NCBI RefSeq assembly: GCF_056712565.1 | Contig: NZ_CM160072.1 | Direction: 5' to 3' (one strand) | DNA length: 64,000 nt | Part shown: piece by piece, positions 19,468-30,026 of the stretch | How the letters are laid out: every line of letters begins with the position of its first letter | How positions within the stretch are numbered: the stretch's first letter is position 1 | Position numbers and translations under genes: made by a program | Notes under the pieces: model-generated | The model's database searches: none | Told to the model about the DNA's origin: nothing | Seen by the model: the letters and a program-made list of their open reading frames with translations, nothing else

Positions 19468-21618
19468 TTAGTGGTGCGAAGAGATCTTCACGCCGCCTTC
19501 CGGGATTGGAACGTACGGTGTTTCTTTGTCAGTACGTTTGTCGCTGTTACGCACCTTCAGCCAGGTTTTGAAACCGTAGAAGATGATGCTGTACACCACA
19601 ATCAGGAACAGAATACTCAGGCCTGCGTTGGTGTAGTTGTTCACAACGATGTGGTTCATGTTGGCAATCTGCTGCGCCGTCAGGTCAGTACCGTTAGCAA
19701 TCTTCTCTTTGTACTGGCTCGCCATGTAGAAGAAGCCTTCCATCTGCGGGTTGGTGCTGAACAGTTTCAGGCCCAGCGCCCAGGTGGTGCAGATAAGCAG
19801 CCATACTGCCGGGATAACGGTAACCCAGATGTATTGGGTGCGCTTCATCTTAATCAGTACAACGGTGCCCAGTACCAGCGCCACGGCTGCCAGCATCTGG
19901 TTGGAGATACCGAACAGCGGCCACAGGCTCTTAACGCCGCCCAGCGGATCGACCACGCCCTGATACAGCAGGTAGCCCCACAGACCCACACAGCCCGCAG
20001 TACCGATGATACCGGCAACCAGAGAGTCGGTTTTTTTCAGGAACGGGATGAAGTTACCCAGCAGGTCTTGCAGCATAAAGCGGCCAGAACGGGTACCCGC
20101 ATCCAGCGCGGTCAGGATGAACAGGGCTTCGAACAGAATACCGAAGTGATACCAGAAGCCCATGTCAGCCATCGGCAGCACTTTGTGGAACACGTGAGCG
20201 ATACCTACCGCCAGCGTTGGCGCACCACCTGCACGGTTCAGGACAGAAGGCTCACCAATGTCTTTCGCGGTTTGCAGGATCTGCTCTGGCGAAATCACGA
20301 AGCCCCAGGAGCTGACGGTCGCTGCCGCGTGTGCGGTAACGTCTTTCAGCTGTGCCATGATGATCGGCGCGTTCTCGCCACCCATTTCATGCAGGTTAGG
20401 CATGGTGATGCCGAGGCCAGCAGGCGGGGTGTTCATCGCGAAGTAAAGACCCGGTTCGATGATGGACGCAGCAACCAGCGCCATAATCGCCACGAAGGAC
20501 TCCATCAGCATTGCGCCGTAGCCGATGAAACGCGCGTCGGTTTCATTAGCCAGCAGTTTCGGCGTCGTGCCGGAAGAGATCAGCGCGTGGAAGCCAGATA
20601 CCGCACCACAGGCGATGGTGATGAACAGGAACGGGAACAGAGCGCCTTTCCACAGCGGGCCAGTACCGTCAATGTACTGGGTCATGGCAGGCATTTTCAG
20701 TTCCGGGTTCAGCACCACGATACCCAGCGCCAGGCCGACGATAACGCCGATTTTCAGGAAGGTTGCCAGATAGTCGCGCGGTGCGAGGATCAGCCACACT
20801 GGCAGCAGTGCGGAAACAAACGCATAGCCAATCAGCGCGAAAGTAATGGTGGTATCTTTAAAGGTCAGTGCCGGACCCCAGTACGGATCGTGAGCAATCA
20901 CGCCACCGAAGTAGATAGAGGCAACCAGCAGCACGATACCAATGACAGAGACTTCACCCACACGCCCCGGACGAATAAAGCGCATGTAGATACCCATAAA
21001 CAGCGCAATCGGTACGGTTGAGCAAACGGTGAAGACCCCCCACGGACTTTCGGCCAGGGCTTTAACCACAATCAGTGCCAGAACGGCGAGGATGATGATC
21101 ATGATTAAGAAACAGCCAAACAGCGCGATAGTCCCCGGTACTGGTCCCATCTCTTCTTTGATCATCTCACCAAGAGATGCGCCGTTACGGCGAGAGGAGA
21201 TAAACAGCACCATAAAGTCCTGAACCGCACCGGCCAGCACGACCCCCGCCAGCAGCCACAGCGTGCCAGGCAGGTAGCCCATCTGCGCGGCGAGAACCGG
21301 ACCCACCAGCGGACCAGCACCGGCGATAGCGGCGAAGTGGTGACCAAACAACACGTAACGGTTGGTCGGAACGTAGTTCAGACCGTCGTTGTTAATAACC
21401 GCAGGCGTCGCGCGCGTGGGGTCGAGTTTCATCACCTTCTGGGCGATGTACAGACTGTAGTAGCGATACGCCACCAGATACACCGACACAGAGGCGACCA
21501 CGATCCACAGGGCGCTGACGTGCTCCCCCCGACGTAATGCAACTACCGCGAGGCAGAATGCACCGATGATTCCGAGAATCACCCAAGGTATGTGCTTGAA
21601 TATCTTTTTAGTATCCAT
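19468..21618 (-). CDS. btsT: CstA-family pyruvate/H+ symporter BtsT (YjiY)
   Basis: ORF 19468..21633; start set at MDTKKIFKH (716 aa); polytopic membrane protein; synteny. Confidence 0.9.
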   Translation of the reverse strand: MDTKKIFKHIPWVILGIIGAFCLAVVALRRGEHVSALWIVVASVSVYLVAYRYYSLYIAQKVMKLDPTRATPAVINNDGLNYVPTNRYVLFGHHFAAIAGAGPLVGPVLAAQMGYLPGTLWLLAGVVLAGAVQDFMVLFISSRRNGASLGEMIKEEMGPVPGTIALFGCFLIMIIILAVLALIVVKALAESPWGVFTVCSTVPIALFMGIYMRFIRPGRVGEVSVIGIVLLVASIYFGGVIAHDPYWGPALTFKDTTITFALIGYAFVSALLPVWLILAPRDYLATFLKIGVIVGLALGIVVLNPELKMPAMTQYIDGTGPLWKGALFPFLFITIACGAVSGFHALISSGTTPKLLANETDARFIGYGAMLMESFVAIMALVAASIIEPGLYFAMNTPPAGLGITMPNLHEMGGENAPIIMAQLKDVTAHAAATVSSWGFVISPEQILQTAKDIGEPSVLNRAGGAPTLAVGIAHVFHKVLPMADMGFWYHFGILFEALFILTALDAGTRSGRFMLQDLLGNFIPFLKKTDSLVAGIIGTAGCVGLWGYLLYQGVVDPLGGVKSLWPLFGISNQMLAAVALVLGTVVLIKMKRTQYIWVTVIPAVWLLICTTWALGLKLFSTNPQMEGFFYMASQYKEKIANGTDLTAQQIANMNHIVVNNYTNAGLSILFLIVVYSIIFYGFKTWLKVRNSDKRTDKETPYVPIPEGGVKISSHH

Positions 21619-21937
21619 AGTAAAACCTGGCATGTATTGATTAATAGTTGGCCGAAGCCGTTCTAGGTTTGCGTTGCGTTTGAGGAGGTAAATTGACCGC
21701 TATCCTGCAGTGATGTTGCCAGAGTTACGCGCGCGTAAAGTAAGGTAAATAACTGAGTGGTTATTTTAGGGACGTAAGCGGTCAGGAATGGCGGTGAGCG
21801 GCAAAGGCGTCGTTTAAGTGACCATAAATATGTGATTTATATCACATATTTATATTGCGAATAATTTATGTAAATAATGGCTTTTTAAATTCAGGGGGTG
21901 AATAAAATTACTCGGCGTCATCTCCGCGGGATTTTCA

Positions 21938-21964
21938 TAAAGTTTTTCCTTTCCAGGCCGAAAA
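21938..21964 (+). promoter_or_regulatory. Sigma-28 (FliA) class 3 flagellar/chemotaxis promoter for tsr
   Basis: TAAAGTTT-N11-GCCGAAAA, close to the consensus TAAAGTTT-N11-GCCGATAA, ~30 nt upstream of the tsr start. Confidence 0.6.
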
Positions 21965-21994
21965 TCTTGCATCGGTCCACAGGAAAGAGAAACC

Positions 21995-23650
21995 ATGTTA
22001 AAACGTATCAAAATTGTGACCAGCCTACTGCTGGTTTTGGCCGTTTTTGGCCTTTTACAACTGACTTCAGGCGGTCTGTTCTTTAATGCCTTAAAGAACG
22101 ACAAAGAAAATTTCACTGTTTTACAAACCATTCGCCAGCAGCAATCCACGCTGAATGGCAGCTGGGTCGCTTTGTTGCAGACGCGTAACACCCTCAACCG
22201 CGCGGGTATCCGCTACATGATGGATCAGAACAATATTGGTAGCGGTTCAACCGTTGCTGAGCTGATGCAGAGTGCCAGTATTTCGCTGAAACAGGCGGAA
22301 AAAAACTGGGCGGATTACGAAGCGTTGCCGCGTGACCCGCGTCAGAGCACCGCCGCAGCGGCAGAGATCAAACGTAATTACGATATTTATCACAATGCGC
22401 TGGCGGAGCTGATACAACTGTTAGGTGCAGGCAAAATCAACGAGTTCTTTGATCAGCCGACCCAGGGATATCAGGACGGTTTCGAGAAGCAGTATGTGGC
22501 TTACATGGAGCAAAACGATCGGCTCTATGATATCGCCGTCAGCGATAACAATGCCTCCTACAGCCAGGCGATGTGGATTCTGGTAGGCGTGATGATCGTC
22601 GTACTGGCGGTCATCCTCGCCGTCTGGTTCGGTATTAAAGCCTCGCTGGTAGCGCCAATGAATCGCCTGATTGACAGCATTCGTCATATTGCAGGCGGCG
22701 ATCTGGTGAAACCGATTGAGGTGGATGGCTCTAATGAGATGGGGCAACTGGCAGAGAGTTTGCGCCATATGCAGGGAGAGCTGATGCGTACCGTCGGTGA
22801 TGTGCGCAACGGGGCCAATGCCATCTATAGCGGTGCCAGCGAAATCGCCACCGGCAATAACGATCTCTCTTCGCGCACCGAGCAACAGGCCGCTTCGCTG
22901 GAAGAGACGGCAGCCAGCATGGAGCAACTGACCGCAACGGTGAAACAGAATGCCGAAAATGCGCGCCAGGCCAGCCATCTGGCGTTAAGTGCTTCCGAAA
23001 CGGCGCAACGCGGCGGCAAAGTGGTGGATAACGTGGTGCAGACCATGCGCGATATCTCCACCAGTTCGCAGAAAATCGCCGATATTATCAGCGTAATTGA
23101 CGGCATTGCCTTCCAGACCAATATTCTGGCTTTGAACGCGGCGGTTGAGGCTGCGCGTGCGGGTGAGCAAGGACGCGGTTTTGCGGTGGTCGCGGGAGAA
23201 GTGCGTAATCTGGCCCAGCGTAGCGCTCAGGCTGCTCGTGAAATTAAAAGCCTGATTGAAGACTCGGTGGGGAAAGTGGATGTTGGCTCTACGCTGGTCG
23301 AAAGCGCCGGGGAAACAATGGCGGAGATTGTCAGTGCCGTGACCCGCGTGACGGACATTATGGGCGAAATTGCTTCTGCTTCTGATGAGCAGAGCCGTGG
23401 TATCGATCAGGTTGGCTTAGCGGTTGCTGAGATGGACCGGGTAACTCAACAGAACGCCGCGCTGGTGGAAGAATCTGCCGCCGCCGCCGCCGCGCTGGAA
23501 GAACAGGCCAGTCGCCTGACCGAAGCAGTGGCAGTGTTCCGGATTCAGCAACAGCAGCGTGAAGCATCGGCTGTGGTAAAAACCGTGACGCCAGCTACGC
23601 CGCGCAAAATGGCCGTGGCAGATAGCGAGGAGAACTGGGAAACGTTTTAA
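21995..23650 (+). CDS. tsr: Methyl-accepting chemotaxis protein I, serine chemoreceptor
   Basis: 551-aa ORF; two TM segments, periplasmic sensor, HAMP, methylation and highly conserved signalling domains, C-terminal NWETF pentapeptide. Confidence 0.95.
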   Translation: MLKRIKIVTSLLLVLAVFGLLQLTSGGLFFNALKNDKENFTVLQTIRQQQSTLNGSWVALLQTRNTLNRAGIRYMMDQNNIGSGSTVAELMQSASISLKQAEKNWADYEALPRDPRQSTAAAAEIKRNYDIYHNALAELIQLLGAGKINEFFDQPTQGYQDGFEKQYVAYMEQNDRLYDIAVSDNNASYSQAMWILVGVMIVVLAVILAVWFGIKASLVAPMNRLIDSIRHIAGGDLVKPIEVDGSNEMGQLAESLRHMQGELMRTVGDVRNGANAIYSGASEIATGNNDLSSRTEQQAASLEETAASMEQLTATVKQNAENARQASHLALSASETAQRGGKVVDNVVQTMRDISTSSQKIADIISVIDGIAFQTNILALNAAVEAARAGEQGRGFAVVAGEVRNLAQRSAQAAREIKSLIEDSVGKVDVGSTLVESAGETMAEIVSAVTRVTDIMGEIASASDEQSRGIDQVGLAVAEMDRVTQQNAALVEESAAAAAALEEQASRLTEAVAVFRIQQQQREASAVVKTVTPATPRKMAVADSEENWETF

Positions 23651-23660
23651 CGTAATGATG

Positions 23661-23693
23661 CCGGATGAGTATTTCATCCGGCGTTTTTATTAT
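23661..23693 (+). terminator. Rho-independent terminator downstream of tsr
   Basis: Hairpin CCGGATGA / TCATCCGG followed by a T-rich tract (CGTTTTTATTATT). Confidence 0.7.
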
Positions 23694-24964
23694 TAAACCA
23701 GGAACAGTGAAATCGCCGGGATATATGTCACCAGCATTAGCATTAACAGTAGAGCCGCCAGTAGGGGCAGGGATTGTTTAAAGAAATTTCCCACCGAAAC
23801 TTGCGTGATATTACATACCAGCAGCATCACGGTACCTACCGGTGGCGTGAATGCGCCAATCGACAGGTTGAAGATCATGATGATGCCAAAATGCACCGGA
23901 TCGATGCCAAAGTGTTCGACCACCGGTTTTAATAGTGGTACCAGGATCAGCAAAATGGCGTTTCCTTCCAGAAACATCCCCAGCGTCAGCAGCAATATGT
24001 TGATAATCAACAGGAACATGTATTTGTTTTCGGTCAGCGAAGTCACAAAATTCGCCACTGCGACACCAGCATGTTCCATTGAGAAAATCCATCCCAATGC
24101 GGCGCTGGCCATGATTACCAGCATCACCGATGCGGTTGCGCGTGCCGTTTCGCCCAATGCTTTGACGACATGAGAAATCCGCATTTCACGATAGATAAAA
24201 AAGCCAATCGCCAGCACGATTAGCACCGCTACTGCACCTGCTTCTGTTGGGGTGAAAATGTTAGCGCGAATACCACCCACCACAGCAAAAATGAGGAACA
24301 GCGCAGGCCAGGCCTGTCCCAGCGAGAACACCACCTCTTTGCCCGTAGGCCAGCTTTCACGCGAGGGTTTAGCGTTAGTTTTGCGGGCGACAAGGTAGAC
24401 GGTAAACATCAGTACGACTGCGCATAGCAAACCAGGTACCAGTCCGGCGATAAACATTTTTCCGATAGAGACATCGGCAACCAGACCGTAAATAATCAGG
24501 GCTATTCCAGGCGGTATGATCGGGGTGACTAACGAGCCACCAGCGGTAATGGCGGCGGCAAACGCGCGATTGTAGCCTTTACGTTCCATCTCCGGCACCA
24601 TCATGCGCGACAGCATCGCCGCGTCAGCAAGGTTAGAGGCGCTGACGCCGCCCATCATGGTGCTGACGAGAATGTTTGCCACGCCCAGTCCGCCGCGCAT
24701 TTTCCCCACCAGAACGTTGGCAATGTGCAGGATGCGTTCGGCAATGCCGGTGTAGCTCATTAGTGTGCCGAGCAAGATAAAAAACGGAATTGCCAGCAAT
24801 GATGGGCTTTGCGTTGGCGCGATTAGTCTTTGCACGGCAATTTCAATCGGTACGCTGGAGAAGAATAAAAAGTAAGCGATGATGCCAATAAACATCGCCA
24901 GATAGACCCGAATGTTGAGAAACAAACAGACGATCATTAGCGGAATAATCAATAACCAACTCAT
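23693..24964 (-). CDS. TRAP transporter large permease (DctM family)
   Basis: 423-aa polytopic ORF with DctM-like sequence; 4-nt overlap with the upstream small permease gene; not present at this position in K-12. Confidence 0.85.
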   Translation of the reverse strand: MSWLLIIPLMIVCLFLNIRVYLAMFIGIIAYFLFFSSVPIEIAVQRLIAPTQSPSLLAIPFFILLGTLMSYTGIAERILHIANVLVGKMRGGLGVANILVSTMMGGVSASNLADAAMLSRMMVPEMERKGYNRAFAAAITAGGSLVTPIIPPGIALIIYGLVADVSIGKMFIAGLVPGLLCAVVLMFTVYLVARKTNAKPSRESWPTGKEVVFSLGQAWPALFLIFAVVGGIRANIFTPTEAGAVAVLIVLAIGFFIYREMRISHVVKALGETARATASVMLVIMASAALGWIFSMEHAGVAVANFVTSLTENKYMFLLIINILLLTLGMFLEGNAILLILVPLLKPVVEHFGIDPVHFGIIMIFNLSIGAFTPPVGTVMLLVCNITQVSVGNFFKQSLPLLAALLLMLMLVTYIPAISLFLV

Positions 24965-25434
24965 TGCATTTTGTCTCCGCTATCGGATTGTTTTGTATCG
25001 TTTATTAACCAGTAGAGGGTATAAATAGCCGTTGCCAGTGCGCCGACAGGGACCGCCAGATCGATCCAGAACCAGGAAACTTTCAGAATTTGTGTCACTT
25101 TAAACTGCGCCATTTCGGCTAGTCGGTAGCCCAGCCAGGCCATATAAAGCAGCAGTGCGATGGAGAGAAGGGCGACCAGTACTGCAATAACACGCCTGAG
25201 TTTGCCTGGAAGCATCTCCATCAGGAAGGGAATGGTCAGGTGCGCCCTGTCACGTTCCGCCACCACTCCACCTAACATCACCACCCAAATCATCAGCATT
25301 CCCGACATTTCTTCTGTCCATTGAAGCGGTTGGCCGATGAAATAACGCATAAATACCGCTCCAATTGTCACCACAACCAGAACGAATAGCGCAAAGGCAG
25401 CACTAAATTCTGCCACTTTGCCAAAAAGACGCAT
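24961..25434 (-). CDS. TRAP transporter small permease (DctQ family)
   Basis: 157-aa ORF with four predicted TM helices, located between the SBP and large-permease genes. Confidence 0.8.
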   Translation of the reverse strand: MRLFGKVAEFSAAFALFVLVVVTIGAVFMRYFIGQPLQWTEEMSGMLMIWVVMLGGVVAERDRAHLTIPFLMEMLPGKLRRVIAVLVALLSIALLLYMAWLGYRLAEMAQFKVTQILKVSWFWIDLAVPVGALATAIYTLYWLINDTKQSDSGDKMQ

Positions 25435-25497
25435 GAAACCTCCTGTTAGTGCGTGTCCTGCCTAAGAGAGATGAGGCAGGACGCTGAGCATTAATGC

Positions 25498-26469
25498 TTA
25501 TTGCAGTTGCTGTTGAATGGTTTCGTACAGACCTGGTGTCCATTCCGGGAATTGAGAGTAAACTTCGCGTGCTTTCTTCTGGAATGGTCCAGTATCGGGA
25601 TAGATCACTTCGACGCCGGCTGCCTGCATGGTTTTCAACATTTCGGCATCACGCTCAAGAGTGAGTTTCTGGCTATAGACACCCGCTTCATAGCCGGTCT
25701 GGTGGATCATCTCCAGTTGTTCTGGTGAAAGGGTGCTAAAGAAGGCTTCACCACCTATCCACACTGAGGTATTTGTCAGGTAGTTAACCATTGTCAGATA
25801 TCTTGCCTGCTCATACAGTTTTTGCCCTTGCAGCACTGAAATTGGGTTTTCTACGCCGTCAATAACGCCCTGGGTTAATGCGGGATAAACTTCGCCTAAT
25901 GGCATGGGAGTTGGTGTTGCCCCCATCGCCTGAATGGCTTTTATTTGCATGACGTTATTAGGAACGCGAATTTTTAAACCTGCGAGATCGTCAACGGTGC
26001 GAATGGGTTTTTTCGAAATAATCTGTCGAGTGCCATAGAGATAATTATTCATTACCACATGAATTCCCTTTTTCTTCAGACTTTCATTTTTTTGTTTAAA
26101 CCAGTCGCTTTCATATATTTTGAACAGTTTTTGCGGATCGTCAGTCAGATACGGTCCAAACAAAATCCCCAAATCGGGTTCATAATCGGCAAGAAAAGCC
26201 ACATCACTCAAGGTTATGACATTCATGCCCATCATGGCTTGCTCGGTGACATCCTGTTTTGATCCCAATTGGGAGCTGGGATAGAGCGCAAGTGTTATTT
26301 CGCCATTACTTTTTTTATTTAATAGGTCTGCCCAGTAACGCATGACCACATCCAGGGGTTCTCCAGGGTTATTTTCATAGGCAACTTTTATTGAAATAGG
26401 TTTTGCCTGGATTATTGACGGTAAAAAAAGGGTACTGACAGTAATTAGCATCGCTATTATTTTGCTCAT
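25498..26469 (-). CDS. TRAP transporter periplasmic solute-binding protein (DctP family)
   Basis: 323-aa ORF with N-terminal signal peptide (MSKIIAMLITVSTLFLPSIIQA); first gene of a dctPQM-type operon. Confidence 0.85.
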   Translation of the reverse strand: MSKIIAMLITVSTLFLPSIIQAKPISIKVAYENNPGEPLDVVMRYWADLLNKKSNGEITLALYPSSQLGSKQDVTEQAMMGMNVITLSDVAFLADYEPDLGILFGPYLTDDPQKLFKIYESDWFKQKNESLKKKGIHVVMNNYLYGTRQIISKKPIRTVDDLAGLKIRVPNNVMQIKAIQAMGATPTPMPLGEVYPALTQGVIDGVENPISVLQGQKLYEQARYLTMVNYLTNTSVWIGGEAFFSTLSPEQLEMIHQTGYEAGVYSQKLTLERDAEMLKTMQAAGVEVIYPDTGPFQKKAREVYSQFPEWTPGLYETIQQQLQ

Positions 26470-27138
26470 CTTTACTTACTCCATGCTAAGGAAATAAAAC
26501 TCCAACATTGTTGTCGGGAGTGAAACCTTATGAAAAAGCAGTCATTACTGAAAAGTAGTCAGCGAATAGCAGAATGGCTGCAGATGTATCATAAATTCGT
26601 GCACCGGGTAATACTTTGCTGCTTTTAATCGGTTTTTAATGCATTTTTTGATTGTATATCTTAAAGTTATGTAATGCATGACGTTACAAGGAACACCCTC
26701 TGATGAGTTTAGTTACCGCTGATAAGATCTCTTATTCTGTTGATGATTTATTAAAAATAAAATCATTAATTTGGCTGCGGCCATTTTAAATTGTCAATAC
26801 AGATAAAAACTAAGTGTTGACGCAGAATGGTGGTATCCATTAAATTTATTTAGTGCTGATTTAATACATTTGCTGAACGTATAATTCATGCTGATATTAA
26901 AAGAAAACCGTCATTCACTAAATAACTTGTTCGGCAAGGAAATCAGAGAGTAACGGATGATTCGTTACAACGGGGAAAGGCAGTAAATATTCACGTGGTG
27001 AATTTGTTATCAACTTGAAAACTCATTTTACTGGGTTCCTTCTGATCATGTGAGTGAACGCAGTGATTAATGATTAACGTTAAGTGCTAACCAGAGCGCT
27101 TTTTATGAAGTTAAATTAATAATATCCATTATTTATGA

Positions 27139-28812
27139 ATGAGGAAGCCTGTTTATTATATGGAAATACTTTTAACAATTTTAATTCTTACGTTGGTAGT
27201 ATCATTAACCAGCGTGCTTACACGTCTGTCTCCTGTCCAGATACCACTTCCTTTAATCCAGATTGCCGCTGGCGCAGTACTGGCCCAGCCTATATTTGGT
27301 CTGCATGTGGAATTCAATCCTGAACTTTTTCTCTTATTGTTTATACCACCCCTGTTGTTTGCTGAAAGTTCAAAAATACAACCTAAAGAATTGATCAAGC
27401 ACAGCCGGGAAATTATCAGCCTGGCACTTGTGTTGGTACTAATCACTATTTTTTGTGTCGGCTATGTGATTCATTTACTCTTACCGAATGTGCCGCTCAT
27501 CGCTGCTTTCGCATTAGCCGCCGTGTTGTCGCCTACCGATGCCGTGGCGTTGCTGGGGATTGTCGGGAAAGGGCGTATCAGCAAAAACATCCAGGAAGTG
27601 CTCGAAGGCGAAGCGTTGATGAATGATGCTTCCGGCCTGGTGGCGTTGAAATTTGCTGTTGCAGTGACGATGGGAACGATGGAATTCAGCGTTCATGGCG
27701 CAACCATTGCGTTTTTTGTCGTTGCGTTGGGCGGTATTGCCGTGGGGATCGCTGTTACCTGGTTATATGGTAAAGGGCTGCTGTTGATCAGCCGATATGC
27801 TCACGATGAACCTTCCATTCAGATTGTATTGATGCTTCTGTTGCCGTTTATTGTTTATCTGGTTGCGGAACATTTTGGCTTATCTGGCATTCTTGCCGCT
27901 GTCGCCGCGGGGTTAACAACCAGTCGCATTGGTGTAGTCCACCACGCGCCTATTCGCCTGAGAATTAAAGCTAAAAGTAGCTGGTCGATGCTTGAATATG
28001 TCTTTAACGGCATGGTGTTTCTGATTTTAGGCTTACAACTGCCGGGCATTATTTCGGAATCACTGATCCGTGCAGAAAACGATCCACTGGTGGACACCGG
28101 ATCGCTGCTCCTTGATGTCATTTGGATCTACCTGGCGTTAATGGTTGTGCGCCTGGGCTGGCTTTGGCTGATGCGTCTGTATAGCCGTAAACGACCCGGC
28201 AAACATCCGATGCTGTTTGCTGGATATAAAACGCGTCATATGCTGCTGGCGACCTTTGCGGGGGTGCGCGGAGCTATCACGCTTGCGGGGGTGCTTTCTA
28301 TCCCGTTATTGCTGCCGGATGGCACACCTTTTCCCGGGCGTTACTTGCTGGTATTTCTCGCCACAGGTGTGATCCTCTTTTCGCTGGTTTGCGGCATTAT
28401 TATTCTGCCGTTATTACTGGGGAAAAATGTGGGGATTTTCAGCGATAACCGACAAAAAGAAGAGGAAGCTGCCGATCTGTTTATGGCTAAAATGGCCATA
28501 CTGAGTGTGCAAAAGACCGAGCAACGTTTGCTGCGCGCCAGAACAGAAAACCTCGATAACGAGTTGATTATGGAAACGGGGGCCAGAGTTATCGGTTATA
28601 TGCGACATAGTGAAGAGGATATGTCGCCTAATGATAATTCCCTGCATATGCAGCGTGCGAAGCTGGAAAGAACATTTAATCTGGCGGCGTTAAATGCCAA
28701 ACGCGCGGCTATTTACCAGATGCGCGCAAGGCAAGAAGTCAGTGATGAAACACTGGCAAAAATAGTCAGTGAATTAGATGTGCTGGAAACGTTAATCATG
28801 GATAGCCGATAA
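27139..28812 (+). CDS. CPA1-family Na+/H+ exchanger (NhaP/NHE type)
   Basis: 557-aa ORF; membrane domain with LSPTDAVA and EGEALMNDA motifs, plus a C-terminal soluble domain. The start could be ATG 27139 or ATG 27160. Confidence 0.8.
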   Translation: MRKPVYYMEILLTILILTLVVSLTSVLTRLSPVQIPLPLIQIAAGAVLAQPIFGLHVEFNPELFLLLFIPPLLFAESSKIQPKELIKHSREIISLALVLVLITIFCVGYVIHLLLPNVPLIAAFALAAVLSPTDAVALLGIVGKGRISKNIQEVLEGEALMNDASGLVALKFAVAVTMGTMEFSVHGATIAFFVVALGGIAVGIAVTWLYGKGLLLISRYAHDEPSIQIVLMLLLPFIVYLVAEHFGLSGILAAVAAGLTTSRIGVVHHAPIRLRIKAKSSWSMLEYVFNGMVFLILGLQLPGIISESLIRAENDPLVDTGSLLLDVIWIYLALMVVRLGWLWLMRLYSRKRPGKHPMLFAGYKTRHMLLATFAGVRGAITLAGVLSIPLLLPDGTPFPGRYLLVFLATGVILFSLVCGIIILPLLLGKNVGIFSDNRQKEEEAADLFMAKMAILSVQKTEQRLLRARTENLDNELIMETGARVIGYMRHSEEDMSPNDNSLHMQRAKLERTFNLAALNAKRAAIYQMRARQEVSDETLAKIVSELDVLETLIMDSR

Positions 28813-28982
28813 TTTTATCGCTGCCAGTAATAGGGAATTAAATGATGGCTGAGAGTAATACTTCCAGCATCGTTTATTCCCTATGTATTTCCTTATGGGC
28901 AGAACAATCGCCTGGATTAATACTGCATTAATACAACATAGTGATATAAACCAAGAATCAATGTTTTTAATCTGTACTTAAT

Positions 28983-29888
28983 TTATCGGTGATGTTGCCT
29001 GATGGAACGAATCATTGATTGTTTGGCGGTATCCAGATGGTTTCGCAACGCCGTTATTGCATCTAAATCGCTACGGCAAATCAGGGCGCTGAGAATGGTC
29101 ATATGTTCATCAACAGCAATGATATTGCGCTGTTTGAGATCGCTTTCATCCCATTGATAGTGAAAATGAAAGATCACCGATATAATTTCAAGTGATTGAT
29201 TAAAAAAGATGTTGTCAGCAGCGGATAACAGCATGGCATGAAAATCACGGTCTAATTGAGAAAACATTCGAAAGTTGCTGCCAATGCTGTCGCGCAATGT
29301 CCTGTGACGTTCGAGCATGGTTTTCGCCTGCAACCAGCGAGGGTCATCATCGGGAAGGTTGAGAAAGTGTTGCAGGGAATGTGTTTCGAGCATTTCGCGT
29401 AGCTCAAACAGCTGCTCGGCGTAGGATTGATCGAACTGCTTCATGCTCCATTGGCCGCGCTTTTCGCTTTGAATAAGATTATAACGACCGAATTTCAAAA
29501 GATATTCTCGTACCACTACCGGACTGACGCTTGCCGCTCGCGCCAGCTGAAGTTCGGAAAAGCTTTCTCCGGCGCGTAACTGGCGCAGGTTAATCATGGT
29601 GAAAAATGCCTGCTCGAAAAGACGGTTTTGCTCTTTCAGCGAGGCCGTGATGCAATCAAATCCATCGTTCTGTTCGGGTTTGCGGGCGATAACATAATTT
29701 TTCCCCACCAGGGTGAGCACGCCACATGCGCTTAAATGCTGGAGTATGTGGCGTACCGTAGTGCGACTGATGTTATACATTTCTGCCAGTCCGCTTTGTG
29801 AAGGCAGCGGAGAAGGAATATTGCCCCTCGCCATATCTTCAATCACCTGATTTATGACGCTATGACGTAAATTCTGCGAACGACTCAT
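28983..29888 (-). CDS. lgoR: GntR/FadR-family regulator of L-galactonate catabolism
   Basis: 301-aa ORF with N-terminal winged HTH; divergent from lgoD as in K-12 (yjjM). Confidence 0.88.
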   Translation of the reverse strand: MSRSQNLRHSVINQVIEDMARGNIPSPLPSQSGLAEMYNISRTTVRHILQHLSACGVLTLVGKNYVIARKPEQNDGFDCITASLKEQNRLFEQAFFTMINLRQLRAGESFSELQLARAASVSPVVVREYLLKFGRYNLIQSEKRGQWSMKQFDQSYAEQLFELREMLETHSLQHFLNLPDDDPRWLQAKTMLERHRTLRDSIGSNFRMFSQLDRDFHAMLLSAADNIFFNQSLEIISVIFHFHYQWDESDLKQRNIIAVDEHMTILSALICRSDLDAITALRNHLDTAKQSMIRSIRQHHR

Positions 29889-30026
29889 TCTTCCCTCCAG
29901 TCCGGCATTAAAAGCCGATTTAAAACATTTTTATGCGCGATCATCCGCATATTTTATGGGTAAATTCAGGCGCTCTTATAAATTCGACGATATCTGAAAG
30001 TCATAAAATAAAAGGAGCGGTGAATC

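Noticed and set aside
19471-21021. 516-aa plus-strand ORF spanning most of btsT
   Set aside because: Antisense to the CstA-family transporter gene, and its translation is low-complexity and Arg/His/Gln-rich. This is a typical artefact opposite a high-GC membrane-protein gene.
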